Below are positions 8,899 through 17,272 of a stretch of 64,000 bases of DNA, in pieces; the first letter of the stretch is position 1; each line of letters opens with the position of its first letter. The stretch comes from an uncultured Gammaproteobacteria bacterium (GTDB lineage Bacteria; Patescibacteriota; Microgenomatia; Daviesbacterales; UBA10151): contig CAYMTV010000002.1 of NCBI GenBank assembly GCA_964393525.1, positions 23,001 to 87,000 of the forward strand, written 5' to 3'. A program made the translations under genes and the position numbers. The notes under the pieces were generated by a model that saw only the letters and a list, made by a program, of their open reading frames with translations, made no database searches and was not told the origin of the DNA.

Positions 8899-10175
8899 TA
8901 AATTTTTTTATGTTTTGAGATCTTTTTTACCACTTCATCAAGTCTTTGATCTAACCCTCCATTAAATAAAACAATATCACCCTTCGCCAAAATACTAAGA
9001 AGTGTATTTACAAGCTGAGGGTTCGTTAAATTAGTTCTTAGCTTCTCCTTTAAAAACCCCAGTTTATTAAGTTCATCTGCTATATACTTGTGAGATTGAC
9101 CCATCAAAAAAACCAGATCAATTTTATCTTTATATAATACTCTGGCTATTTCTCTTTTAATCTTCTCATGCGTTTCCCCCGGTATCAAGTCTCCTAGTAT
9201 CAAGATCCTTCTTCTAGCACTAACAATATTTAATGTTTCAAGAGCATATTCGAAGGATAATAGTTCCTCCTCTTTAGTATTATCGATGATTAAGGAATCA
9301 CTGTATCCGGGACAAAGCTGCATAATATGATCTAATTGATCAATTCCCTCCAGTATTTTTTTAATCTTTATCAAAGGTATATTAAAACTTACCCCAAGTG
9401 AGGCTGCGCCCAAAAGAGCATACAATTGGTGTTTGCCTAAAATTCTCGAATTAACCTCCACCCTTTCAACACCGTAATTTAATTCAAACTTCACTGCATA
9501 ATTTTCGACCCTAATGTTCCCGGCCCAAACCGAACAAGTTTCAGCACCTAAACCGAATGTTAATACTTCAAATGGATATTCCTGGCGAACTCTTTTAGAA
9601 ATAGCCTCATCGCCATTTAAAATAACTACACCGTCTGAGGGTACATTTTTAAAAACTTTTTGGAAAAGCTGAAAGTTTAGATCAGCTTCCTTCCCGTCCT
9701 CGAAGCGGCTTGGGTTGAAATTGGTGACTAGAACTGTTTTTGCTTTTATCAGGCTGGAGTAGTAATCAATAAAATCCTCTGTTTCCTGATATATTCTGTA
9801 AATAAGATTATGCTCTCTAACAGGGGATTTTAAGATATCCGAAATTAATTGTGACTTAGGATCTATTCTAGGATTGTTTTCATTTGACGCTAAATAAGTT
9901 TCGCTAAACTTTGAAATTACAAAAAATGCAGCTTTTGTAGTAAGTTTGCTTGATAAGTTGCCTGCAATTGTAATAAGCCTTGAGGGCGAAATGAGTTTTA
10001 TATACTGCCGGGCAATAAAATTCTTAGCAGTATTAGTTTTATTTCCGAAGGAAAGAGACCGAATGGACTCATTTCCGAAGGAAAGAAGCCGACTTAATAA
10101 ACTTCGACCATTCTTGGTTGAGGAGGCTTCATTTTTAATAAATTCTGATGCTTTTGGATCCAATAAGTTTATCAT
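8898..10175 (-). CDS. MurF-like Mur ligase family protein with a degenerate ATP-binding loop
   Basis: Occupies the murF position. Mur central and C-terminal domains are recognisable (ILNGDE, LGKHQLY, IIDN, RRILILGDL, GDIVLF), but the P-loop reads AGNLSSKLTT instead of TGSxGKTTT. Confidence 0.7.
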   Translation of the reverse strand: MINLLDPKASEFIKNEASSTKNGRSLLSRLLSFGNESIRSLSFGNKTNTAKNFIARQYIKLISPSRLITIAGNLSSKLTTKAAFFVISKFSETYLASNENNPRIDPKSQLISDILKSPVREHNLIYRIYQETEDFIDYYSSLIKAKTVLVTNFNPSRFEDGKEADLNFQLFQKVFKNVPSDGVVILNGDEAISKRVRQEYPFEVLTFGLGAETCSVWAGNIRVENYAVKFELNYGVERVEVNSRILGKHQLYALLGAASLGVSFNIPLIKIKKILEGIDQLDHIMQLCPGYSDSLIIDNTKEEELLSFEYALETLNIVSARRRILILGDLIPGETHEKIKREIARVLYKDKIDLVFLMGQSHKYIADELNKLGFLKEKLRTNLTNPQLVNTLLSILAKGDIVLFNGGLDQRLDEVVKKISKHKKI

Positions 10176-10179
10176 ACTT

Positions 10180-10794
10180 TTAATACGCCTTAACCTTAAG
10201 TATTGCTGATATTACAACCTGTCCGTATCTTTTTAAATCCTTGAGTTTACTATCAAAAATCTCTCCATCCTCCCAAATTTTGATATTACTGACAATTTCT
10301 TCAAACTGGGGATCTATTAGAAGGCTTCCGCCTAAAGTTGCCTTAAGCGAACTGAACCCCTGAAATTTCTTAAGGTGTTGTTCACTTAAAAAATCGTTTA
10401 ATTTGGATAAACTTACTCCAGAATCCACCTCTATCAGTGCTTCTTCAATCCCTAAACCCCCTCTACCAATCTTCCCTTTAATACCGCTAATCTTAATGGC
10501 ACTGGTTCTGTTTCGTATAACCAAACCTTTCATTCCTTTTTCGGAAATGAGAATTTTGGTTCCATTTCCAAAAACAAACAGTGGAAGTTTTAACTCATAA
10601 CCTGTATTTAAAATATTTATCAATTCTTTTTGGGTTGTCGCAATATAAAATATTTCTGCAGGTCCCCCAAGTTTTGAAAAAGTATGATACTTCAAAAGTT
10701 CGTCAATTTTAATTCTTTCTATCCCAAAGATTTGGATTAAAATATTAATCTTACTTTGGTAATTTGTCTGACTTGGGGGTTTGAGTTTATCCAT
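10180..10794 (-). CDS. MurB-like protein, FAD-binding N-terminal part only (~204 aa)
   Basis: HTFSKLGGPAE, FGNGTKILISEKG, SGVSL, ATLGGS match the MurB FAD domain, but the C-terminal domain is absent. ATG 10794 is preferred over the ORF-track start because it follows the murE stop at 10797. Confidence 0.7.
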   Translation of the reverse strand: MDKLKPPSQTNYQSKINILIQIFGIERIKIDELLKYHTFSKLGGPAEIFYIATTQKELINILNTGYELKLPLFVFGNGTKILISEKGMKGLVIRNRTSAIKISGIKGKIGRGGLGIEEALIEVDSGVSLSKLNDFLSEQHLKKFQGFSSLKATLGGSLLIDPQFEEIVSNIKIWEDGEIFDSKLKDLKRYGQVVISAILKVKAY

Positions 10795-10796
10795 AA

Positions 10797-12005
10797 CTAT
10801 TCCAAGGCAATTTTGACTGCCTCTAAATCCGACCAAGGGATCTCTTTTTTTCCATTCAAATTCATGCTTGTTTCGTGTCCTTTGCCAAAAATACCAACCG
10901 TATCTCCTCTATCGGCTAATTTATTGATTGCTAACTCTATCGCTTTTTGTCTGTCCAGCTCAATAAAATAGGTTTTACCAAAAGTTGCCCCAGCTCTTTC
11001 TAGACCTTGTGCAATCTGCTTGTTGATTTGATCAATCAGTCCCCTGGGGTCTTCGGCTGTAACAATGGTAACATCGGAAAGCTTACCCGAGATTTCTCCC
11101 ATCAGTGGTCTTTTTTGTTCATCCCGCAAACCGGCACAACCAAAAACTGAGATCAATTTACCTTTTGTTTTTCTTCTTAAAGCTTTTAGCGCACTTTCCA
11201 ATCCATTCGGTGTATGGGCAAAATCAATTACTATCTTTATTCCTATATTATTTTCAATCTCCTGCATCCTTCCGGCTAGGGATTTAAAGAGGGCAAGAGT
11301 TTGTTTAATTATTTTTGTTTCAATCTTCAAAGTCACTCCAACCGCAGAAGCTGCTAAGGCATTTAGCAAATTAAATTCTCCGGGCAGGGAAAGCTTAAGT
11401 GGAAATTTTATCGGATTAAACTCTGCTGATTTGGATAATCCAAAACTCAAAACTTTACCTCTGGTTTGTCCGGAGAGTCGCTCAAAGTGTTTTTCACTCC
11501 TATTTAATATGGCTGTTTTGACATTTTTGATCAATTTAGCCTTCGCCTTAAAGTAATTTTCAAAAGATTTGTGGTAATCAAGATGCTCGTGGGTAATATT
11601 GGTAATTACGCCAACCTCAAAGTGAATTCCCCAGAATCTATGCTGATCTAAGGCATGGGATGTAGCTTCCAAAACCATATACTTACTTTCCATATTTACT
11701 GCCTGCCCCAGAAACTTTTGTACATCCATCGGACTTGGAGAAGTAACATGGAAGCCGGTATCATAAACTTGATCACCAATAATGGCATTTATTGTTGAAA
11801 CCATGGAAACTTTTTTCCCTGCGGCTTTCAGGATTTGGTAAATCATATTGGTAGTTGTAGTTTTGCCGTCGGTCCCGGTAACCCCGATAACCTTAAGTTT
11901 TCTGGAAGGAAAACCATATCTTAAGTTTGCCAAAATTGCCACCGGCAAGTGCCAAAAAGTATTGATGAATTTTTGCGGCAACAATTTTCTAAGTAAGCTT
12001 ATCAT
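10797..12005 (-). CDS. murE: MurE (UDP-MurNAc-dipeptide amino-acid ligase), short form
   Basis: GVTGTDGKTTT, MVLEATSHAL, TNITHEHLDYH, DFAHTP, TAEDPR, GKGHE. Confidence 0.92.
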   Translation of the reverse strand: MISLLRKLLPQKFINTFWHLPVAILANLRYGFPSRKLKVIGVTGTDGKTTTTNMIYQILKAAGKKVSMVSTINAIIGDQVYDTGFHVTSPSPMDVQKFLGQAVNMESKYMVLEATSHALDQHRFWGIHFEVGVITNITHEHLDYHKSFENYFKAKAKLIKNVKTAILNRSEKHFERLSGQTRGKVLSFGLSKSAEFNPIKFPLKLSLPGEFNLLNALAASAVGVTLKIETKIIKQTLALFKSLAGRMQEIENNIGIKIVIDFAHTPNGLESALKALRRKTKGKLISVFGCAGLRDEQKRPLMGEISGKLSDVTIVTAEDPRGLIDQINKQIAQGLERAGATFGKTYFIELDRQKAIELAINKLADRGDTVGIFGKGHETSMNLNGKKEIPWSDLEAVKIALE

Positions 12006-12047
12006 TGAAGGTAATTATATATTCAAATTCTAATCTTTACAAAAGTA

Positions 12048-12064
12048 CCCACACCGGGTGTGGG
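12048..12064. repeat. REP-like palindrome CCCACAC-CGG-GTGTGGG
   Basis: Perfect GC-rich inverted repeat in the ftsI-murE spacer. Confidence 0.6.
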
Positions 12065-12083
12065 CAGAATGGACACATAGGGA

Positions 12084-12155
12084 TTCATTCTGTTGGAGCA
12101 ATTCCGTAATGAGCAAAGCTCTTACTTCATTGCTCTGTTGGAGCAATTCCGTAAT
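12084..12155 (-). repeat. Direct duplication of the ftsI 3' end, separated by a mini-hairpin
   Basis: TCTGTTGGAGCAATTCCGTAAT occurs at 12089-12110 and 12134-12155. The stop-containing TTCAT is also repeated, with one codon deleted. The spacer forms GTAATGAGC-AAA-GCTCTTAC. Confidence 0.9.
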
Positions 12156-13911
12156 AGATAAAAAGGTCTCTGGCGATTTCAAAAAAAGTCGGGGCTGCGG
12201 TTTCCGCACCATAAATGGATGAGGTTGGTTGGTCGTAGCGCACCAGCATAACAAATTTAGGATCATCGGCCGGTGCAAACCCGACAAATGAAGCAATGGT
12301 TTTGCTAGGATCATAATGTCCGGCAACCGGAATTTGAGCTGTACCGGTTTTTCCAGCGATTTTATAGCCCATTACATTATGTAGTTTTTTGGCAAATTTT
12401 GCCTCTCCATCATCAACTGCTTTCACCATCATTTCGGTTATTTCTTTTGCTGTTTCAGGATTGATAGGCGTAGAGATTATCCGGGGACTTATGGTATAGA
12501 TGCCTTTTTCGTCCATTATTTTGGAAACTATGTGCGGTTCCAAAAGTTTACCTCCATTGGCAATTGCCCCAACTGCCCTGATAACCTGCATCGCAGTTAC
12601 AGAAATACCCTGACCAAAGGATGCGGTTGCCTGATCGATTTCTTTCCATGTGTCTTTTTCCCTTAAAGGAGGCGAGGTCTCGTCTTCTAAGTCGATACCT
12701 GTTGTATTTCCAAAACCAAAATCTTTAATGTATTTATAGAACTTTTCAATACCAAGCTTTTTAGAAACAAATACCATTCCGGTATTATCTGAATGAACGA
12801 TTACATCGGTCATTATTAAATCAGGCCGGTACTGGTTATTCCAGGTTCGGATGGTAAACCCTCCAATATTAATGGGTCCCTGGCAAATATCACATTTTGT
12901 GTCTTTTTTAATGACCCCCTCATTAATTCCCGCAGCCATTACCAATACCTTAAAAGTTGACCCCGGTTCATACCCGTCTACGGTAATAGGATTTTTTAAG
13001 CTTTCTTCGGGATACTCTGAAGGTTTTTGGGGGTCATAACCAGGGTAGGAAGCCATCGCCAAAATATTGCCGGTTTTTGGTTCTAAAACAACCGCCGAGG
13101 CTCCTTTGGCTCCATATTTTTCTAACCCTTTTTTTATTTTTTCTTCAACGATATATTGAATACTCCTGTCTATATTTAGAATTAAGTTTTTTCCCGATGT
13201 TGGCTTTTTAGAAAGAAATTTACCGATTAAAATGGGCAGTCCCAAGGCATCTTTTTCCTGGATAACTTCGCCTTTTTTGCCCCCTAATTCACCGTTATAG
13301 TATCCTTCAATACCATGATAACCTTTATCATTGCCATATAAATCAGCAGCTACAAACCCCAAAAGATGCGCTGACGATGACCCTTCCGGATAAAGCCTGG
13401 ATGAACTTGCATCAAATCCGATTCCGGTTAAATTTAGATCTTCAATTTTTTTCTTAGTTTCAAGATCTACTTTTTTTACAAGACTTACCCAAGAAAGGTT
13501 TTTTAAAAGTTTGGTGTGAAGTGCCTCTTCCAGATCTTTGATCTGTTTTATTCTAATATCCGGCTCAATTTCTTTACCTTTGTTTTCTTCTTCCCAGAAA
13601 ATTATGGATAATTTTTGAGCATAATCTCTGACAAAAGTTTTAAAATCATCATCTGATATCTTTTTGTCCTTTTTTATAAGTAACGGCTGGGCAAAAACAA
13701 GATAAGAGGGTTTATTGGATGCTAAAACAGAATTGTCCGAAAATAAAATCTTACCCCGCAAGCCGCTCACCTCTTTGGTTGTCACCCTTTGCCCTTCTGC
13801 CCTGGCAGTTAATTCATCCGCCTTTATTATCTGCCAGAAAGCCAGGCGTACAATAATCAGGATCACCAAAAGAAAATAAATGCTCCTAATTATTTTTAAT
13901 CGGTTTTGCAT
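12127..13911 (-). CDS. ftsI: Class B penicillin-binding protein (FtsI/PBP3)
   Basis: N-terminal TM, RGKI, RLYPEG, EPGSTFK (SxxK), SDN, KTGTAQ; dcw position. Confidence 0.93.
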   Translation of the reverse strand: MQNRLKIIRSIYFLLVILIIVRLAFWQIIKADELTARAEGQRVTTKEVSGLRGKILFSDNSVLASNKPSYLVFAQPLLIKKDKKISDDDFKTFVRDYAQKLSIIFWEEENKGKEIEPDIRIKQIKDLEEALHTKLLKNLSWVSLVKKVDLETKKKIEDLNLTGIGFDASSSRLYPEGSSSAHLLGFVAADLYGNDKGYHGIEGYYNGELGGKKGEVIQEKDALGLPILIGKFLSKKPTSGKNLILNIDRSIQYIVEEKIKKGLEKYGAKGASAVVLEPKTGNILAMASYPGYDPQKPSEYPEESLKNPITVDGYEPGSTFKVLVMAAGINEGVIKKDTKCDICQGPINIGGFTIRTWNNQYRPDLIMTDVIVHSDNTGMVFVSKKLGIEKFYKYIKDFGFGNTTGIDLEDETSPPLREKDTWKEIDQATASFGQGISVTAMQVIRAVGAIANGGKLLEPHIVSKIMDEKGIYTISPRIISTPINPETAKEITEMMVKAVDDGEAKFAKKLHNVMGYKIAGKTGTAQIPVAGHYDPSKTIASFVGFAPADDPKFVMLVRYDQPTSSIYGAETAAPTFFEIARDLFIYYGIAPTEQ

Positions 13912-13917
13912 GTATTA

Positions 13918-13947
13918 AGTATAGGTACTTGGAAGCTTTGGTGACAA
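13918..13947 (-). promoter_or_regulatory. Promoter for ftsI, probably leaderless
   Basis: Minus strand TTGTCA-18 nt-TATACT, then 6 nt to the ATG. Confidence 0.55.
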
Positions 13948-13981
13948 ATGCATAAAGCAAAGACGAAGGATTAATCCAAGA

Positions 13982-14293
13982 TTAATGATTAAGAGCCAAT
14001 TCCAGCTCTTTTAAAAATTCTATCTTGCTTACTTTAACAAAACCTAATTTCTTCGCTTTATTTTCAATATTAATTAAAGAGGCTTCGTCGGAAATTTTAT
14101 TTTCCAATATCTGATTTTCCAGCTGTAAAGCCTGTTTAGCAATTTCGATCTTACTGATCTCTACTCCGTAAGTAGCAAGTCTGTTCAGTGACCAAATCTC
14201 CAAGATAGCAAGAGGTATAAGAATCAAAAGCATTAAAAAAAATGCTTTCCTTTTGGTAGTAAATGAGCTGTTTAATGATTTTAGAAGTTTCAT
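13982..14293 (-). CDS. FtsL-like small bitopic coiled-coil protein
   Basis: Single TM followed by a heptad coiled coil and IENKAKKLGF. Lies directly upstream of ftsI. ATG 14293 overlaps the mraZ stop (ATGA). Confidence 0.7.
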   Translation of the reverse strand: MKLLKSLNSSFTTKRKAFFLMLLILIPLAILEIWSLNRLATYGVEISKIEIAKQALQLENQILENKISDEASLINIENKAKKLGFVKVSKIEFLKELELALNH

Positions 14294-14679
14294 ACGTTTC
14301 CAGAGATTATTTGCTTCCATTTTTTGGGATTCCACAATTCAAAGTGATCACCCGCACCGATAAAAAGAACTTCCTGAAAGATTTGAGCAAAGATTATCAG
14401 GGAAGGGTCAATAATAAATCTCCCCTGATAATCAAGCTCACATTTTTGGGCTGATCCAAACAACTGGCGGCGCAAAAACCTGCCTTTTTCTTCAATCATC
14501 GGTATCTCAAGCTGTTTTCTTGCCTCCGCCTCCCAATCCTTCAAAGAAAATCCCCAGATACAACCATCCAAACCTTTTGTTAAAATAATTTCACTGCCTG
14601 ATATCTCTTCCCTGAACTTTTTAGGTAAAATTATGCGATTTTTTCCGGAAAAACGCGTCCTGTAAGTGCCCAAAAACAT
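14290..14679 (-). CDS. mraZ: Transcriptional regulator MraZ
   Basis: MFLGTY, RIILPKKFR, TKGLDGC, ELDYQGRF, IGAGDHFELWN. Confidence 0.95.
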   Translation of the reverse strand: MFLGTYRTRFSGKNRIILPKKFREEISGSEIILTKGLDGCIWGFSLKDWEAEARKQLEIPMIEEKGRFLRRQLFGSAQKCELDYQGRFIIDPSLIIFAQIFQEVLFIGAGDHFELWNPKKWKQIISGNV

Positions 14680-14731
14680 ATTTCTGGGCAGTATTTCAAT
14701 TCTTTTGGATTACAAGGAGGGCAATGACCAG

Positions 14732-14746
14732 TCCGCCAAAGGCGGA
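14732..14746. repeat. REP-like hairpin TCCGCC-AAA-GGCGGA in the mraZ leader
   Basis: Perfect 6-bp GC stem with a triloop, nested inside longer imperfect arms (AATGA/TCATT, GGATTA/TAATCC). Confidence 0.6.
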
Positions 14747-14796
14747 TCATTCCGCTTTTAATCCTTACAATCTCAGGATGTCAGGCTGTTCCTAAT

Positions 14797-14850
14797 CACC
14801 CTTTTTCACCATCTATAACCATTTTGCACCATAAAAGAAAGCCCTGTCAA
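14797..14850 (-). promoter_or_regulatory. mraZ/dcw promoter with four MraZ-binding repeats
   Basis: TTGACA at 14850-14845, followed by TGGTG, TGGTT, TGGTG, GGGTG at an exact 10-bp period. This is the known arrangement of MraZ boxes. Confidence 0.75.
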
Positions 14851-14887
14851 GACGGAAGAAATGCGAACTCAAAAGATATTGAAGCGA

Positions 14888-15757
14888 TTAATTGGAGGCG
14901 CGTAAAACGGCGAAGATTCCGGCTCCGGAAGCCTGGACTTTGAGTAAATTACCGTCAATTTTTGTATTTAGCTCTTCCCACTTATTGTCTGCCTCCACAT
15001 ACCTGTAGATCTTAGCATCCACTCCAGGTTTATCAACAAGCTCAATCATCACATCACCTTTGGGAAATGTCTTTGTGATCGGCAGATTAAATGCATAGAC
15101 ATTTCCAACTACTTGCTTTCCTTCTGGTAGTTTTGGCGAACCGATCAAATCATGAACTAAGCTAAAGGCTACTGTAGCCAACTCTTCCCTCTCAGCTTTT
15201 GTTTCATATTTAAAATGATCCTCACTTGAGGTAATCTTACCTAAGGCTACGTCCGGTTTTTGCAGATGCCAGGTAGTCTTTACAACATAAGCTTTTTTGT
15301 CCTTTTTAAAGCGTAGTATTAAATTACCATTCTCTACCCCTTTGTCAAAGACACAATGCTCATTGCCCGTAGAAAACCCCTGGGAACAAGTCCCAAGTAA
15401 AATTTCCTGTTCATGATCACCTTTGCCTTTTTCCACCTTAACCCAGGTATTTAAGTCTCCCGCCCCACGCTCTATTCCTTCTTCATCCGAATAGGAAATT
15501 TGATAAGAAAAAGCTTCATATTCCGAAATCCGGAAAATATTTAAGTTTATGGCATTTCCGTCTCTTCGAGGAATCAACATGGCATAAGGCCCATCAGGAT
15601 TAAAGGTAAGTTCAATTTCTTCCAAAACTTCCGGACCCTTAGGGGAAAGGAATATTTTCCAGATACCAAACATAGCAGTACCTAAAATTAAGGTTAAAAT
15701 TACAACAAGGATTAAATTTGTGCGGTTTGCGAGGAATGCTTTGAGTTTTTCAATCAT
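14888..15757 (-). CDS. Hypothetical membrane-anchored extracytoplasmic protein
   Basis: 289-aa ORF with an N-terminal TM and a beta-rich body containing a Cys pair. No family recognised. Confidence 0.8.
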   Translation of the reverse strand: MIEKLKAFLANRTNLILVVILTLILGTAMFGIWKIFLSPKGPEVLEEIELTFNPDGPYAMLIPRRDGNAINLNIFRISEYEAFSYQISYSDEEGIERGAGDLNTWVKVEKGKGDHEQEILLGTCSQGFSTGNEHCVFDKGVENGNLILRFKKDKKAYVVKTTWHLQKPDVALGKITSSEDHFKYETKAEREELATVAFSLVHDLIGSPKLPEGKQVVGNVYAFNLPITKTFPKGDVMIELVDKPGVDAKIYRYVEADNKWEELNTKIDGNLLKVQASGAGIFAVLRASN

Positions 15758-15787
15758 GGACAGGTTCTAAAAATAATTGTACTGGTA

Positions 15788-17113
15788 TTAAGAGAGTTTT
15801 TCAAAGAGGTAATTTTTAAGCTGGTGGATCTTTACTCTTTCCTGCTTTGCACTGTCCCTATCCCTAACTGTTATTGCCTCATCGTTTAAAGTATCAAAAT
15901 CTATGGTTATACAAAAAGGTGTCCCAATCTCATCTTGTGAGGCATATCTTTTTCCGATATTCCCCCGGTCATCCCAGGCCACCATTAGATCTTTTTTTAA
16001 ATCTTCATAAATCCCCTTTGCTCTATCAATCAGTTCTTGTTTATTGGCAAGCAGAGGAAAGACGGCAGCCTTAAACGGAGCAAGCTTAGGAGGAAACTTC
16101 AAGAAGACCCTTCCCTCCTCTGTCTCTGTGTAAGAGTTAATCAAAACCACCAAAACCGACCTATCTACACCCCAGGTAGGTTCAATAACATGCGGCCAGA
16201 ACTCTTCATTTGTTTCAGGATCCCTATATTTGGTATTTTGTCCACTGAATTGTTCATGGTTTTTTAAGTCAAAGTCTGTTCTATATGCTAAACCATATAA
16301 CTCGCTTAACCCAAAGGGAAATTCATACTCAAAATCTATGGTTCTTTTTGAATAATGGGCTCTTTCTTCCTCAGGAATTTCATGTTCATGAATTTTTGCA
16401 AGGTCAATCCCCAGATCATCTGATATCCATTTTTCCATTTCTTCTCTCCACACTTCAAAATACTTATTCCACTGCTCATCAGATTTAGGAGGGTTAATAA
16501 AATATTCAATCTCCATTTGCTCAAACTCTCGGGTTCTGAAGATAAAGTTACCAGGAGTAATTTCATTTCTAAAAGCTTTTCCAATTTGGGCAATTCCAAA
16601 AGGGAGTTTAATCCGCGCAGTATCTACGACATTTTTAAAATCCACAAACATGGCTTGGGCAGTTTCCGGCCTGAAATAGGCAATATTAGCTTGCTCTTCT
16701 GCCGGACCGATAAAAGTTTTAAACATCAAGTTGAATTGTTTAGCTTCAGTCCAATTAGCTTTACCTTCATGAGTTTTTTCATGTTCCTTTATCTGCGACT
16801 CATGATCTGCCCGGAATCTTTCATGGCAGATTTTGCATTCAACTAAAGGATCAGAAAAGTTTGCAATATGACCAGAAGCTTCCCAGACTTTGGGATTCAT
16901 GATTAAGGATGCATCAATCCCCACAATATCTTCCCGCTGATGGACGAATTTTTTCCACCATGCTTGCTTGATATTATTTTTAAGTTCAACCCCAACCGGT
17001 CCGAAGTCCCAGGAGTTTGCCAGCCCACCGTATATCTCTGATCCAGGGAAAACGAACCCCCGGCGCTTACATAAAGCTACTATTTTATCCATTAAATCTT
17101 GATTATTATTCAT
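15788..17113 (-). CDS. glyQS: Glycine--tRNA ligase, alpha2 (eukaryote-like) type
   Basis: KRRGF, IYGG, RPETAQ, FRNEITP, FRTREFEQMEIE, PHVIEP and an anticodon-binding domain. Confidence 0.98.
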   Translation of the reverse strand: MNNNQDLMDKIVALCKRRGFVFPGSEIYGGLANSWDFGPVGVELKNNIKQAWWKKFVHQREDIVGIDASLIMNPKVWEASGHIANFSDPLVECKICHERFRADHESQIKEHEKTHEGKANWTEAKQFNLMFKTFIGPAEEQANIAYFRPETAQAMFVDFKNVVDTARIKLPFGIAQIGKAFRNEITPGNFIFRTREFEQMEIEYFINPPKSDEQWNKYFEVWREEMEKWISDDLGIDLAKIHEHEIPEEERAHYSKRTIDFEYEFPFGLSELYGLAYRTDFDLKNHEQFSGQNTKYRDPETNEEFWPHVIEPTWGVDRSVLVVLINSYTETEEGRVFLKFPPKLAPFKAAVFPLLANKQELIDRAKGIYEDLKKDLMVAWDDRGNIGKRYASQDEIGTPFCITIDFDTLNDEAITVRDRDSAKQERVKIHQLKNYLFEKLS

Positions 17114-17122
17114 GATCTCTTA

Positions 17123-17271
17123 AAGCGAGCGAAGTCACAAATTACAAAGTATATTGATAATTTTGTCTGCAGTTGCTTGGTACAAAATTATCACTAAGCG
17201 AGACTAGAGATAAAAATTAAATGATTACTTCCTTAACTAGTCGAGTGGTACTTTGTAATGTGACAAGCGAG
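17123..17271. other. Multi-stem structured intergenic element (three-way junction)
   Basis: Outer stem 17134-17151/17249-17264, perfect 12-bp stem 17155-17166/17182-17193, 6-bp stem 17202-17207/17237-17242. AAGCGAG occurs three times, at 17123, 17196 and 17265. Confidence 0.7.
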
Positions 17272-17272
17272 T

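Noticed and set aside
12084-12155. CRISPR mini-array, prophage att site or DGR TR/VR pair
   Set aside because: There are only two copies with a 15-nt spacer, and no cas, integrase or reverse transcriptase gene in the window. The differences here and at 31802-31919 are not adenine-specific.
12030-12326. 98-aa ORF with a repeated ITELLQQ peptide
   Set aside because: It is an alternative frame over the ftsI end. The peptide repeat is just the DNA duplication.
17114-17272. T-box riboswitch upstream of glyQS
   Set aside because: The only T-box-like string (GAGTGGTAC, ~17243) is on the non-coding strand, and no specifier stem or terminator/antiterminator is visible.
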